Origin: a virus
Taxonomy: Duplodnaviria; Caudoviricetes
Direction: 5' to 3' (one strand)
IMG/VR virus record: IMGVR_UViG_3300030372_002914
Coordinates: 865 to 64,864 of that record
Length of the DNA stretch: 64,000 nucleotides
The position numbers and the translations under genes were made by a program. Below are positions 22,511 to 33,633 of this stretch, piece after piece (positions within the stretch are counted from its first letter, which is position 1; the number at the start of each line of letters is the position of its first letter). The notes below the pieces were generated by a model. The model saw only the letters and a list, made by a program, of their open reading frames with translations, was not told where the DNA came from and did no database searches.

Positions 22511-24076
22511 ATGGAATACAACTTACCAAGCGAATTGGTTAAGAACTTAGACTTCGGTGGTGAAGCTAAAGATAGAGTTATCACCGGAGTTAATAAGTTA
22601 GCCCAAGCTGTTAAATCAACATTAGGCGCATCAGGTAAATGCGTTATTTACGAAGATGGCAGAGGCAAGCCGGTCATTACAAAAGATGGAGTAACCGTTG
22701 CAGAAAGCGTAGTCTTATATGACCCGGTCGAAAACATGGGCGCGACCTTAATCAAAGAAGCTGCTAGAAATACAGTAAAAGATGCTGGTGATGGCACAAC
22801 AACTGCTACAGTACTAGCTGAAGCAATAATCAAGCAAGTAGACACTGCGATCGCAGATGGTCTTACAATCAGAGAAATTAAAGATGGAGTAACAGAAACA
22901 CTAGATAGTGTCATTGGCTATTTAAATGATATAGCTATTGATGTAGAAGGTGATATGCTTAAATCTGTTAGTGCTATATCTTGTAACAACGATAAAGAGC
23001 TAGGAGCTATTATAGCTGAAGCTTACGATAAAGTTGGTAAAAATGGTGTAGTACTTATGGAAGAAAGCGAATCTGAAGATACATATGTTGACGTAGTTGA
23101 TGGTGTTAAAGTTGATTGTAACTTAACATCACCGCATTTTGTCACCAATACTGAAAAACAAACATGTGAATTAGACAAACCACTAGTTTTTATATGTTCA
23201 TCTGAAATACCTAATGTTCGTAAGATTCAGTCAATATTAGAATATGTTATTAAAAATAACAGAGCTTTATTAATTGTAGCACCAGTAGCACAACAAGTTA
23301 AAGCCGCTTTACTAATGAATAAAGTAAAAGGCACTATAAAGGTTAACGTTATTGATTTACCAGGCTTTGGTCCTACTAAAAAAGATGCCACTGAAGATCT
23401 AGCTATACTTACTGGAGCTACTGTTCTAAATGAAGAACTTGGTGATGATTTAGATCTTATGAAACCAGAACATTTAGGTGAAGCTGAGTTTGCTATAACT
23501 GATGATAAAAATACTGTACTAACTCTAGAAGGTATGACTGAAGGTATCGAAGATAGAATAGATGAGTTAAACAAACATTTAACCGAGGAATCAAACGGTT
23601 TTATTAAAAAGAAACTTGAAGATAGATTAGCTATGTTATCAGGTAGTGTAGGTATAATACGTGTTGGCGCTAATTCTAAAGTTGAACTAAAAGAAAAGAA
23701 AGATAGAGTTGAAGATGCTATATATGCAACTAAAGCCGCATTACAAGAAGGTATAGTACCAGGTGGTGGTATTGCATTACTAAATGCATCTCAAAAAATT
23801 TCGACCAGCAAGGCTGGTGAAGTATTACTTAATGCTTTATCTTCTCCATTTGAAGTAATTATGGACAATGCTGGATTAATGATGAATCCTAGTAATCTAA
23901 AAGAAGGTTATGGTTGTAACGTAATAGATGGAACGTTTCCTAATATGGTACGTGAAGGAATTATAGATCCTGTACTTGTAACTAAGTCTGCACTTAAAAA
24001 TGCTGTAAGTGTAGCATTAACTATTATGTCAGCAGATTGTGTAATCTCAAATATAAGAGTAAATGAAGGCGGTTAA
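22511..24076 (+). CDS. groEL: Phage chaperonin GroEL (Cpn60)
   Basis: [49 protein letters not shown]; lacks the GGM tail. Confidence 0.97.
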   Translation: MEYNLPSELVKNLDFGGEAKDRVITGVNKLAQAVKSTLGASGKCVIYEDGRGKPVITKDGVTVAESVVLYDPVENMGATLIKEAARNTVKDAGDGTTTATVLAEAIIKQVDTAIADGLTIREIKDGVTETLDSVIGYLNDIAIDVEGDMLKSVSAISCNNDKELGAIIAEAYDKVGKNGVVLMEESESEDTYVDVVDGVKVDCNLTSPHFVTNTEKQTCELDKPLVFICSSEIPNVRKIQSILEYVIKNNRALLIVAPVAQQVKAALLMNKVKGTIKVNVIDLPGFGPTKKDATEDLAILTGATVLNEELGDDLDLMKPEHLGEAEFAITDDKNTVLTLEGMTEGIEDRIDELNKHLTEESNGFIKKKLEDRLAMLSGSVGIIRVGANSKVELKEKKDRVEDAIYATKAALQEGIVPGGGIALLNASQKISTSKAGEVLLNALSSPFEVIMDNAGLMMNPSNLKEGYGCNVIDGTFPNMVREGIIDPVLVTKSALKNAVSVALTIMSADCVISNIRVNEGG

Positions 24077-24320
24077 CGATTACGTAATAGTAGATATAAT
24101 AAAAGAAGGACCAAAAAAAGTTGGTGGCTTTATATTAACAGATGAAACAGATGAAACTAATAGATACAAAAAGGCTAATATCATATCTGCCGGGAATATG
24201 GTGGAAGTGGTTAAAACTGGGGATAGCATATACTATGATGCTGTTGCTGGTCATGATATTAGTTATAATGATAGTATGTACAGGGTAATACGTGCTAGAG
24301 ATATAGTTATAGTAGAATAA
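24063..24320 (+). CDS. groES: Co-chaperonin GroES (Cpn10)
   Basis: [10 protein letters not shown]...GGFILT...VKTGD.IYY...YRVIRARDIVIVE; overlaps groEL. Confidence 0.88.
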   Translation: MKAVNDYVIVDIIKEGPKKVGGFILTDETDETNRYKKANIISAGNMVEVVKTGDSIYYDAVAGHDISYNDSMYRVIRARDIVIVE

Positions 24321-24339
24321 TTACTATTCGCTAAAAACG

Positions 24340-24353
24340 TGTAATTACTATTA
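24340..24353 (+). promoter_or_regulatory. Putative late promoter motif
   Basis: CTAAAAACG-TGTAATTACTATTA, intergenic. Confidence 0.6.
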
Positions 24354-24436
24354 AAGTAGATTATACGTAAACTATAAACCATAAACAATAAACACAAAAT
24401 CAAAAATTAATTATTAATCATTAAAAAAAAATTAAA

Positions 24437-24850
24437 ATGGAAAAATTTTTATATTTTAGAAAGTCTTCGACTTTAACTGAAGATCATGATAACGAGACAG
24501 GTTCTGTTATGTACCCAGTGTCTGCCTTGAGAGGTATGGTTGCTGGTGATACTGACGCTACTGGAACTATTACTGATGATGACAGTAAGTTTTCTCTATT
24601 CTTTACTCCTATGGCAGCTATAGCAGCTGGAGCTGGAGCAGCTGCTGGTGCAGTTGACAATAACCCAGATATTGTAGTTATAGATATAACTACTGCAAAC
24701 ACTCAAAAAGATGTTTACAAAGCATTAGTTGATAAGATCAATGGTCAACCTCATGCTTCTGCTATGATAGACGTTTTCGATGCGGTAAATGGTGTTGGGA
24801 TTGATGGAATATCAGGAATACACGTAATTACAACTGTTGTTAACGACTAA
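24437..24850 (+). CDS. Probable minor virion protein
   Basis: MEKFLYFR start, Ala/Gly/Asp-rich. Confidence 0.55.
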   Translation: MEKFLYFRKSSTLTEDHDNETGSVMYPVSALRGMVAGDTDATGTITDDDSKFSLFFTPMAAIAAGAGAAAGAVDNNPDIVVIDITTANTQKDVYKALVDKINGQPHASAMIDVFDAVNGVGIDGISGIHVITTVVND

Positions 24851-24856
24851 TAACTG

Positions 24857-25297
24857 TTGAGATTAACTAGTCACGATTTACGTGATTTACAAATCCTTAA
24901 GTATTACAGGCTCGTTCGTAAATGGGCCTGTAAAACTTACGGGTTAACAGACGCTGATTTAGAACTTCTTATTTATTTAGATTGTAAAGGAAGATTTACG
25001 CGTCAAGAATTTATCGACGGAACATATACCATGAGTTGGGATAAGAACCGTTGGGAGAAATTAAGGAGGAATGGTTGGATAGAAACGTGGAGACACAGAA
25101 ACAGAACAACCATCAAATACTCAGTATTCAAAACCTCCTTTAAGTGTACACACTTAATTAGTAGAATATATCGAATACTTTTAGGGGAAGAAGATATACC
25201 TACTTCGGAAAGAAGTGTGTTTTTTACTAACCAATCATATACCGATAAGGTCATGAATAAGTCTATCGATGATATGATAAAAGATAATGAAAGATGA
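24857..25297 (+). CDS. Winged-helix (MarR-like) DNA-binding protein
   Basis: GLTDADLELLIYLD...FTRQEF...WEKLRRNGWI; TTG start. Confidence 0.55.
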   Translation: MRLTSHDLRDLQILKYYRLVRKWACKTYGLTDADLELLIYLDCKGRFTRQEFIDGTYTMSWDKNRWEKLRRNGWIETWRHRNRTTIKYSVFKTSFKCTHLISRIYRILLGEEDIPTSERSVFFTNQSYTDKVMNKSIDDMIKDNER

Positions 25298-25722
25298 TAA
25301 AAAATTTAGTAGGTGGCTTATTCGGTAAAGTAGTAGAAAATGCAGAAGGAATACTTGATAAAGTTATTACAACAGACAAAGAGCGAGATGAAGCCAAACT
25401 CGCGCTTAAAAGATTATTACTCGAAGCCGAAGCTGAAGCTTTCGCGAAAGAAGTCGAAGACAGAAAGAGCGCTAGAGATATGTATAAAGACGATGCGCTT
25501 ATTCAAAAGATACTTGCCTCACTCTTCACGATAGCATATTTTGCTTTAAGTTTCGTAATGTTTAGATTCTTCATGATGGGTGATATAGACCTAGGAGAAT
25601 TTGAAATAAGCTTTATATCAACAATATTCGGCGCTATGAGTGCTAAAGTAAATACGGTTGTCGATTTCTTTTTCGGCGGATCGTCTAAGAAAAATGAACA
25701 ACAACAAATAAATAATAAATAA
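25294..25722 (+). CDS. Holin (GTA holin-3TM-like family)
   Basis: G...DK..TTDKER...EVEDRKSAR, two or more TM segments, V..FFFGGS. Confidence 0.7.
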   Translation: MIKNLVGGLFGKVVENAEGILDKVITTDKERDEAKLALKRLLLEAEAEAFAKEVEDRKSARDMYKDDALIQKILASLFTIAYFALSFVMFRFFMMGDIDLGEFEISFISTIFGAMSAKVNTVVDFFFGGSSKKNEQQQINNK

Positions 25723-25724
25723 TT

Positions 25725-26093
25725 ATGGGAATAAATTCACAAGGAGTTGCTTATAACTTCGGACAATTAGGTAGTGCGTTTATGGGTACTGATCACAACA
25801 CGGCGTTAACACCACCTGATGGTATGGTTATTACAGCTATAACAATGGTTGGTGTCGATATAGTATTTGATGAATTAAAAGTTGACACATCTAAAAACTC
25901 ATTAGTATATAGTGGTACTGAAAGCAACAATGCTTATTTTGGCGTAACAAATACAAATACCGGTGGTAACGGTGAGGCTGTATTAGTTGGCACAAAATTT
26001 CCAGCTGGTCTAACTATATATGGAAGATGGACGGAGATTTCTTTACAAGCCCAAGATTTAGATGGTGGTATAATAGCTTATTTCGGGTATTAA
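25725..26093 (+). CDS. Probable virion structural protein
   Basis: FGQLGS...P.G.TIYGRW..I...G..IAYFG beta-sandwich pattern. Confidence 0.6.
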   Translation: MGINSQGVAYNFGQLGSAFMGTDHNTALTPPDGMVITAITMVGVDIVFDELKVDTSKNSLVYSGTESNNAYFGVTNTNTGGNGEAVLVGTKFPAGLTIYGRWTEISLQAQDLDGGIIAYFGY

Positions 26094-26470
26094 TGGCATT
26101 AGGTAATAATTTTAGTTTAGGTCATACTAGAGGTAAAAGTAAAGCTAGGGTTGCAAGCAGAGCTAAAGAATATAGAAACGCAGATGGTTTTCATGCTATA
26201 AGTGGTTCACTTATTGTACCTTCTGGGCCCCCTTGTGATGTTCACAATGGTCAGGTTACGGAAACTTACTATCATAATGCAACAAACGCGGGTATTTCAG
26301 CTTCAGGAGGCGCGATAGCTGGTACACACGTTTTCACGCGAAAAAGAGCTCATGAGGACTATTATTTGCCAAATGGTAATTATAAGGTAACACAAAATGG
26401 AACCAATTATTTTGCTATAATAATTGCAAATGGAAGAATTGTAGCTCCAACGCCAGAGGCTTGTAAATAA
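26093..26470 (+). CDS. Hypothetical protein (start reassigned to MALGNN)
   Basis: TAATG coupling with the previous gene. Confidence 0.55.
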   Translation: MALGNNFSLGHTRGKSKARVASRAKEYRNADGFHAISGSLIVPSGPPCDVHNGQVTETYYHNATNAGISASGGAIAGTHVFTRKRAHEDYYLPNGNYKVTQNGTNYFAIIIANGRIVAPTPEACK

Positions 26471-26497
26471 AAATTAAATTAAATTAAATTAAATATA

Positions 26498-26770
26498 ATG
26501 GGAAATAAAGAAAAGTTGGTTGACTTAAAACCAAAAGTAGACAAAATATCTGAGGAACATTTAAAACAATTACAAGAAATAGTAAACGTAATAAATAATG
26601 TTCAATTCAATATTGGTAAATTAGAAGGACAGAAACATAATCTATTACACGAATTAGGATTATCACAAAAGAAAATTATAGATTTTCAAGATGTACTTAA
26701 TAAAGAGTATGGATCTTTTGATGTTAATATAGCAGATGGAACCATAAACTGGCCAAAAGATGAAAAATAA
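26498..26770 (+). CDS. Small coiled-coil protein
   Basis: Heptad pattern; KEYG...VNI.DG ending. Confidence 0.65.
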   Translation: MGNKEKLVDLKPKVDKISEEHLKQLQEIVNVINNVQFNIGKLEGQKHNLLHELGLSQKKIIDFQDVLNKEYGSFDVNIADGTINWPKDEK

Positions 26771-26984
26771 TATCATAAGAAAAATAACTATAGGTAAAGA
26801 TTACAAGAATGATTCTATGCATTATGCCGTTGATCAGGAAGTATATGGCGGTCATAAAATCTGTGATATAATAGAAGAAGAAGATAAGTACTGTATATAC
26901 ATAAGAAAAGGTGATACAGTTATACCGTGGAAAGATTTCAATAAAAACATGGCTATATCTATTGAGTATAACTTAGAATACTAA
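26760..26984 (+). CDS. Hypothetical protein of the terminase neighbourhood
   Basis: IRKITIGKDYKNDSMHY...WKDFN.NMAISIEY. Confidence 0.7.
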   Translation: MKNNIIRKITIGKDYKNDSMHYAVDQEVYGGHKICDIIEEEDKYCIYIRKGDTVIPWKDFNKNMAISIEYNLEY

Positions 26985-27571
26985 TGAAAGCTTATAAAGA
27001 TTTTATAGTGTCACCTATAGGTGAGAGATATAATAATTCTAAAAAAGTTGATGGTAAAGAATTAATACTTAATACTGAAATTTTTAACCATCAGTTTATA
27101 AACAGATTAGCTTTAGTTCTAGAGACTCCAATACTATTTAATACCTCTATAAATAAGGGAGATGAAATAATAGTACATCATAATATATTTAGAAGATGGC
27201 ATGATGTTAAAGGTAGAGAAAGAAATAGTAGATCTTATTGGAAAGAAGATAAGTATATAATATCACAAGATCAAATTTTTCTTTATAAACAAAAAGAATG
27301 GAAAGCTACACCAGGATATAGTTTTGTTCAACCTATAGTTTCTGATAATAAATTAACTAACGAATCAGAGCAATCATTAGTTGGTATTATAAAATACTCT
27401 GATGGTACATTTAATAAAAATGAATTAGTTGGTTTTACACCTAATAGTGAATATGAATTCATTATAGAAGGTAAAAGATTATATAGAGTTTTAAATAAAT
27501 TTATTACAATTAAATATGAATATCAAGGAAACGAAAAGGAATATAATCCAAGCTGGGCACAAAGCGGTTGA
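26984..27571 (+). CDS. Tandem two-domain GroES-like protein
   Basis: Domain 1 MKAYKDFIVSP...INKGDEIIVHH; domain 2 ATPGYSFVQPI...NELVGF...EFIIEGKRLYRV, each following the GroES strand pattern. Confidence 0.5.
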   Translation: MKAYKDFIVSPIGERYNNSKKVDGKELILNTEIFNHQFINRLALVLETPILFNTSINKGDEIIVHHNIFRRWHDVKGRERNSRSYWKEDKYIISQDQIFLYKQKEWKATPGYSFVQPIVSDNKLTNESEQSLVGIIKYSDGTFNKNELVGFTPNSEYEFIIEGKRLYRVLNKFITIKYEYQGNEKEYNPSWAQSG

Positions 27572-27788
27572 AGAGCTAATTAAAGTTGCTAGAGAAGAGA
27601 TAGTTGATTCAGACGAAGATATATCAGCAGATAGATTAAAGAATGCAGCAGCTACAAAAAAGTTAGCTATATTTGATGCATTCGAAATATTAAACAGAAT
27701 CCACGAAGAAGAGAATATGTTAGAGGGTAAGGTTGAGGAAAAGAAAGAAAACAAGTTTAAAGGATTCGCAGAAGGAAGATCTAAATAA
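27516..27788 (+). CDS. Putative terminase small subunit
   Basis: Small helical protein directly upstream of and coupled to TerL. Confidence 0.5.
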   Translation: MNIKETKRNIIQAGHKAVEELIKVAREEIVDSDEDISADRLKNAAATKKLAIFDAFEILNRIHEEENMLEGKVEEKKENKFKGFAEGRSK

Positions 27789-30022
27789 TGTACGAACAAA
27801 CATTAGTTAAGGTCGTAGAGCCTATAAAATTAAACACCATTAAAAGGCTTAATAAGTCTAAAAAATGGGAGTACGGTTATAATAAAGAAGCTGATATAGT
27901 TTCTATATCTAAAACCGGGCAGATTGGCGAGGTGTTAGAGATACAGGGTTTTCAAATAGCCTTACCTAAGCAACCTAAGGAAATATACTCTTGTAGTAAA
28001 GTTAAGTCAGAACAGAAGTGGAAACAGTTTCCAGTTAATCCTGATTTTAAAAGAATTAAAACGGTATTTGATTGGCAAGATTATCCAGATGATTTTAAAG
28101 AAAAACATTATGGTTATATAGACGAAGAGTTTAGAAGAAGAGAAGAAGGTTTTTGGTTTATGAATAATGGTAAGCCAACATATATAACGGGTACACACTA
28201 TATGTACTTACAATGGAGTAAGATTGATGTTGGGGCTCCAAATTATAGAGAAGCAAATAGACTTTTCTTTATATTTTGGGAAGCTTGTAAGGCAGATAAA
28301 AGAAGTTACGGAATGTGTTATTTAAAAAATAGACGTTCTGGTTTTTCATTTATGAGTTCAGCCGAAACTGTTAATTTAGCTACATTAGCTAGTGATAGTA
28401 GATTTGGGATACTTTCTAAAACTGGTAGTGATGCAAAGAAAATGTTCACCGACAAAGTAGTACCAATTAGTTTAAATTATCCTTTCTTCTTCAAGCCAAT
28501 ACAGGACGGTATGGACCGGCCAAAGTCCGAACTCGCTTATAGAGTCCCTGCTAAAAAGTTTACTCGTAAAAAAATGAGGGAACGTGAAGAGCAAGATGAT
28601 ATGGAAGGACTTGATACAACTATTGACTGGAAAAATACTGGTGATAATAGTTATGATGGTGAGAAGCTTTCGCTATTAGTACACGATGAAAGTGGTAAAT
28701 GGGAGAGGCCTGATAATATAAAAAATAACTGGAGAGTTACAAAAACTTGTTTAAGACTAGGTAGTAGAGTAGTTGGTAAATGTATGATGGGATCTACTTC
28801 AAATGCGTTAGATAAAGGTGGTGATAATTTTAAAAACTTATATAATAATTCAGATGTTACAAAGCGAAACAGAAATGGACAGACTAAGTCAGGATTATAT
28901 TCTTTGTTTATTCCTATGGAATGGAATTACGAAGGCTTCATTGATGAATATGGACAACCTGTATTCAGCACTCCTAGAGAGCCCGCATTTGATCCACAAG
29001 GATTAGAAATAGATTATGGCGTTATAGATCATTGGGAGAATGAAGCACACGGTTTAAAAGATGATCAAGATGCTTTAAACGAATTTTACCGTCAGTTTCC
29101 TAGAACAGAAGAACACGCATTTAGAGATGAGACTGGTAACAGCTTATTCAATCTTGTTAAGATATATGAGCAAATAGATTATAACGAAGGTAATAGAAAT
29201 TCATCTGTATTAACACCTGGTAACTTTCAATGGACAAATGGAGTTAAAGATACTCAAGTTACTTTTAATCCAGATCCAAATGGACGGTTTAAAGTTAGTT
29301 GGGTACCAGGTGGAAAATTACAAAATAACGTTATATTAAAAAATGGCGTAAAATATCCAGGTAATGAACATATGGGCGCGTTTGGTTGTGACTCATATGA
29401 TATATCTGGAACGGTAGATAATAGAGGATCAAAAGGTGCTTTACATGGATTAACAAAATATTCAATGGAAGATGCTCCGGCTAATACATTCTTTTTAGAA
29501 TACATAGCAAGACCTCAAACTGCTGAAATATTTTTTGAAGATATTTTAATGGCATTAGTATTTTATGGGATGCCAATATTAGCAGAAAACAATAAACCTA
29601 GATTATTGTACTATTTACGAAGAAGAGGTTATAGAGGATTTAGCATGAATAGACCAGATAAGATTTGGAACAAACTATCTGTAGCAGAAAAAGAGGTTGG
29701 TGGAATACCCAACTCAAGTGAGGATATAAAACAAGCTCATGCCGCAGCTATTGAAATGTATATTAATGATCACGTTGGATTACTACAAGATGGTACTTAC
29801 GGTACCATGTATTTTAACGAGACATTAAACGATTGGTCAAAATTTGACATAAATAAAAGAACAAAACACGATGCTTCTATTAGTTCGGGTTTAGCAATAA
29901 TGGCTTGTAATAGACATTTATATAGACCTAATCCTAAGCAGAAAAAAGAAGCGTTAAATTTAAGTATATCAAAATATAATAATAAAGGATTTTCATCACA
30001 GATAATTAAAAATAAAATATGA
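27788..30022 (+). CDS. terL: Terminase large subunit
   Basis: Walker A variant KNRRSGFS, Walker B LVHDESGK, MGST coupling motif, RNase H-like GCDSYD, LAENN, HDASISSGLA. Confidence 0.92.
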   Translation: MYEQTLVKVVEPIKLNTIKRLNKSKKWEYGYNKEADIVSISKTGQIGEVLEIQGFQIALPKQPKEIYSCSKVKSEQKWKQFPVNPDFKRIKTVFDWQDYPDDFKEKHYGYIDEEFRRREEGFWFMNNGKPTYITGTHYMYLQWSKIDVGAPNYREANRLFFIFWEACKADKRSYGMCYLKNRRSGFSFMSSAETVNLATLASDSRFGILSKTGSDAKKMFTDKVVPISLNYPFFFKPIQDGMDRPKSELAYRVPAKKFTRKKMREREEQDDMEGLDTTIDWKNTGDNSYDGEKLSLLVHDESGKWERPDNIKNNWRVTKTCLRLGSRVVGKCMMGSTSNALDKGGDNFKNLYNNSDVTKRNRNGQTKSGLYSLFIPMEWNYEGFIDEYGQPVFSTPREPAFDPQGLEIDYGVIDHWENEAHGLKDDQDALNEFYRQFPRTEEHAFRDETGNSLFNLVKIYEQIDYNEGNRNSSVLTPGNFQWTNGVKDTQVTFNPDPNGRFKVSWVPGGKLQNNVILKNGVKYPGNEHMGAFGCDSYDISGTVDNRGSKGALHGLTKYSMEDAPANTFFLEYIARPQTAEIFFEDILMALVFYGMPILAENNKPRLLYYLRRRGYRGFSMNRPDKIWNKLSVAEKEVGGIPNSSEDIKQAHAAAIEMYINDHVGLLQDGTYGTMYFNETLNDWSKFDINKRTKHDASISSGLAIMACNRHLYRPNPKQKKEALNLSISKYNNKGFSSQIIKNKI

Positions 30023-32409
30023 GACTAGAACACTCTATAAATTTCCCATCACAAGCGGTAAGCGATTTAGAAAAACTAAGTGAAGACTACGGTTTAAAAG
30101 TAGCAAGAGCAATAAGACACGAGTGGTTTTCGGGCACTACATCTAAGTATAATAGTCATAGAAATAATTTCCACACGTTAAGACTATACGCAAGAGGAGA
30201 ACAGCCTATACAAAAATATAAAAATGAGTTATCTATAAATGGTGATTTATCTTATTTAAATTTAGATTGGAAACCTGTTCCAATTATTCCTAAGTTTGTT
30301 GATATCGTAGTAAACGGTATGGCACAAAGAAACTACGAAATAAATTGTTTCTCACAAGATGAATATGGAGTTAGTAAGCGTACAAAATATATGGAATCCA
30401 TGTTACGCGATATGCGTGCTAAGGATTTTGATAAAATGGCCTCAGAGCAACTAGGTATAGAATTAAGAGAAAATGACCCGGAAACGTTACCAGATACAGA
30501 AGAGGAATTAGCATTACACATGCAATTAAACTACAAGCAAGCTGTTGAGTTAGCTGAAGAGCAAGCTATAAATGTATTACTAGAAGATAGTGATTATGAT
30601 TTGATAAGAAGAAGAGTATTATATGATTTAACGGTTATTGGTATTGGAGCAACGAAAACTACGTTTGATTTTAGCAATGGAGCTAAAGCACAATATGTTG
30701 ATCCCACTGATTTAGTTTATTCACATACTGAATCACCTTATTTCGAAGACTTATATTATATTGGTGAAATGAAAGAAATACCAATAAATGAGTTAGTAAA
30801 AGAGTTTCCAGAATTAACAGAGTCTGATGTAAAAGATATAGTAGATAAATATTCTTATCCACTAGATTACGTAAACCATAAAGATAAAAACAAAGTTCAA
30901 GTTTTATATTTCAATTATAAAACATACATGAATAATGTTTACAAATTAAAATCAACAGCCTCCGGCGGTGATAGGATAATAGAAAAAGATGATACTTTTA
31001 ATCCGCCCTCTGATATGGAAGGAGATTTTGAGAAGTTAGAAAGAGTTGTTGAGACTTTATATGAAGGTGTTTATATAGTGGGCTCAGATAAAATACTAAG
31101 GTGGAGAATGTGCCCTAACATGATGAGGAGTGATTCTGATTTTGGTAGGGTTAAAATGAATTATCAAATTGTTGCGCCTAGAATATATGAAGGTAGGATT
31201 GAATCAATAGTTAGTAGAATAACAAGTTTTGCTGACATGATTCAGTTAACGCATTTAAAGTTACAACAAGTAATGGCGAGAATGGTACCGGATGGCGTAT
31301 ACTTAGATGCTGATGGTTTAGCTGAAATAGATTTAGGCAATGGAACAAATTACAATCCACAAGAGGCCTTAAATATGTTTTTTCAAACTGGTAGTGTTAT
31401 TGGTAGGAGTTTCACTTCTGAGGGAGATATGAATCCTGGTAAAGTACCAATACAACAAATAAGTAACGGTGTAAATAGTGGTAAATTACAAAGTTTAATT
31501 ACCACTTATAATTATTATCTACAGATGATAAGAGATGTAACCGGATTAAATGAAGCTAGAGATGCTAGTACTCCAGATAGAAACGCTTTAGTTGGTGTGC
31601 AGAAAATGGCAGCAGCTAACTCTAATACTGCAACTAGACATATATTACAATCCATGTTGTACGTTACAGCTGAAGTCGCAGAGTGTTTATCGCTTCGTAT
31701 AGCAGATATAATAGAATACTCTCCAACTAAAGATGCTTTTATTAGAGCTTTAGGTGCACATAACGTTGCCACGTTGGAAGAAATGAAAAATTTACATTTA
31801 TATGATTTTGGTATATTTATAGAGTTAATGCCAGATGAAGAGGAGAAAGCTTTATTAGAAAACAATATACAAGCTGCTTTAGCTCAGCAATTAATAGATT
31901 TAGATGACGCTATTGATTTACGTAATGTTAGAAACTTAAAGTTAGCTAATCAGTTATTAAAAGTAAAAAGAAAAGCTAAGCAAAAAAGAGATCAACAAAT
32001 TCAACAACAAAACATGCAAGCACAGGCTCAGGCTAATGCTCAAGCACAGCAAGCATCTGCTCAAGCTGAGATGCAAAAGAATCAACAAAAAATGCAAATT
32101 GAAGCACAGATAGAGCAAACTAAAAGTCAATTAAAAACACAGTATCTACAAGCTGAAGTTCAAGCTAAAAAAGAATTAATGCAATTTGAGTTTGAATTAA
32201 ACTCACAGTTAGAAGGAATGAAACAGCAAAACAACAATCAAATGGAAGGTATGAGAGAGGATAGGAGAGATCAAAGAGTTGATAGACAAGCAGGTCATCA
32301 AATGCAAATGATTGATAAAAGAAAAGAGGGTGAATCTCTTAAAAAATTCGAATCTTCTGGTAATGATATACTTACGGGAGGAGCGGGCATGGAAGATGTC
32401 CAACTTTAA
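30019..32409 (+). CDS. Portal protein
   Basis: Follows TerL; PVPIIPKFVDIVVNG, RDVTGLNEARD, long Gln-rich C-terminal coiled-coil barrel. Confidence 0.88.
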   Translation: MRLEHSINFPSQAVSDLEKLSEDYGLKVARAIRHEWFSGTTSKYNSHRNNFHTLRLYARGEQPIQKYKNELSINGDLSYLNLDWKPVPIIPKFVDIVVNGMAQRNYEINCFSQDEYGVSKRTKYMESMLRDMRAKDFDKMASEQLGIELRENDPETLPDTEEELALHMQLNYKQAVELAEEQAINVLLEDSDYDLIRRRVLYDLTVIGIGATKTTFDFSNGAKAQYVDPTDLVYSHTESPYFEDLYYIGEMKEIPINELVKEFPELTESDVKDIVDKYSYPLDYVNHKDKNKVQVLYFNYKTYMNNVYKLKSTASGGDRIIEKDDTFNPPSDMEGDFEKLERVVETLYEGVYIVGSDKILRWRMCPNMMRSDSDFGRVKMNYQIVAPRIYEGRIESIVSRITSFADMIQLTHLKLQQVMARMVPDGVYLDADGLAEIDLGNGTNYNPQEALNMFFQTGSVIGRSFTSEGDMNPGKVPIQQISNGVNSGKLQSLITTYNYYLQMIRDVTGLNEARDASTPDRNALVGVQKMAAANSNTATRHILQSMLYVTAEVAECLSLRIADIIEYSPTKDAFIRALGAHNVATLEEMKNLHLYDFGIFIELMPDEEEKALLENNIQAALAQQLIDLDDAIDLRNVRNLKLANQLLKVKRKAKQKRDQQIQQQNMQAQAQANAQAQQASAQAEMQKNQQKMQIEAQIEQTKSQLKTQYLQAEVQAKKELMQFEFELNSQLEGMKQQNNNQMEGMREDRRDQRVDRQAGHQMQMIDKRKEGESLKKFESSGNDILTGGAGMEDVQL

Positions 32410-32435
32410 TATTTAATATTTTATAAAATTTTATT

Positions 32436-33614
32436 ATGATAGAACTAAATGAAGAGGTTACTGAAGAAGTAACTGACTCTGTTGAAGAGACAACAGACGA
32501 AAATCAAGAGCAACCCGTTGAAGAGGTTGTAGAAGAAATAGATGAATCTAAGTTTGATAGTGCTGGTGATCCAGATGTTATTAAAATAGATTTAGACAAA
32601 AAGCCTCAAGTTGAACAAGGGGATAATGTAACAAAAGTAAACATAGACAAAAAGCTTGCTGAAGAAACAGTTGAAACTGAACAACCAGTAATGGAAGAAG
32701 TCACAGAGGAAGAAACACAAGAAGTACAAGAAGTAGTTGAAGAAGCAATAGCTGAATCAGAGGCAACTGGAGAGCCTTTACCAGAAGGCGTGCAAAAGTT
32801 AGTAGAGTTTATGAACGAAACTGGTGGTGATTTAAACGACTATGTAAAATTAAACAGAGACGTTAAAGAAATGGACGACTCTGATGTATTAAACGAGTAT
32901 TATCGAGAAACAAAATCTCATTTAACGCCAGAAGAAAGATCTTTTTTATTAGAAGATAATTTTGGTTATGATGATAGCGTTGATGATGAGAAAGATATAC
33001 GTAAAAAGAAAATAGCCCTCAAAGAGCAAGTTGCCGAGGCTAGAGCCCACTTAGACAGGCAAAGGTCTAAATACTATGAAGAAATTAAAGCTGGGTCAAA
33101 GTTGACCAATGAACAACAAGAAGCAATTAATTTCTATCATAAATACAACAAAGATTCTGAAAAACAGAAGAAGTTATCTGAAAAAAGCAAAAGAACATTT
33201 TTAAATAAAACTAATAGTTTCTTTGGACAAGATTTCAAAGGTTTTGAATACAATGTCGGGGATAAAAAATATAGATTTAATGTTAAAGATGCTGATAAAG
33301 TAAAGACAACCCAAAGTGATATTAATAATTTCGTTAATAAATTTGTTGGCGAAGACAAATCAACTATTGAAGATGCAGAGGGTTATCACAAATCTTTATA
33401 TACTGCTATGAACGCTGATAAGATTGCTAAACATTTTTACGAGCAAGGTAAAGCTGATGCAATCAAAGACAGAGTTGCTAGAGATAAAAATATTAATTTA
33501 GAGCCTAGGAAAACGCACGGCGAAACAAATGTTGGGGGTGTTAAGTATAAGGTTTTAGGTCAATCTTCTTCTGATATTAAAAACAGATCTTTTAAAATTA
33601 GAAAGAAAAATTAA
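32436..33614 (+). CDS. Capsid scaffolding protein
   Basis: Very acidic N-terminus, helical, located between portal and capsid genes. Confidence 0.7.
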   Translation: MIELNEEVTEEVTDSVEETTDENQEQPVEEVVEEIDESKFDSAGDPDVIKIDLDKKPQVEQGDNVTKVNIDKKLAEETVETEQPVMEEVTEEETQEVQEVVEEAIAESEATGEPLPEGVQKLVEFMNETGGDLNDYVKLNRDVKEMDDSDVLNEYYRETKSHLTPEERSFLLEDNFGYDDSVDDEKDIRKKKIALKEQVAEARAHLDRQRSKYYEEIKAGSKLTNEQQEAINFYHKYNKDSEKQKKLSEKSKRTFLNKTNSFFGQDFKGFEYNVGDKKYRFNVKDADKVKTTQSDINNFVNKFVGEDKSTIEDAEGYHKSLYTAMNADKIAKHFYEQGKADAIKDRVARDKNINLEPRKTHGETNVGGVKYKVLGQSSSDIKNRSFKIRKKN

Positions 33615-33633
33615 CTTAAAAAAATTATAAATT

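Noticed and set aside
26471-26494. AAATT x5 tandem repeat
   Set aside because: Typical A/T-rich Bacteroidota translation-initiation region; similar tracts precede other genes (e.g. ~22495)
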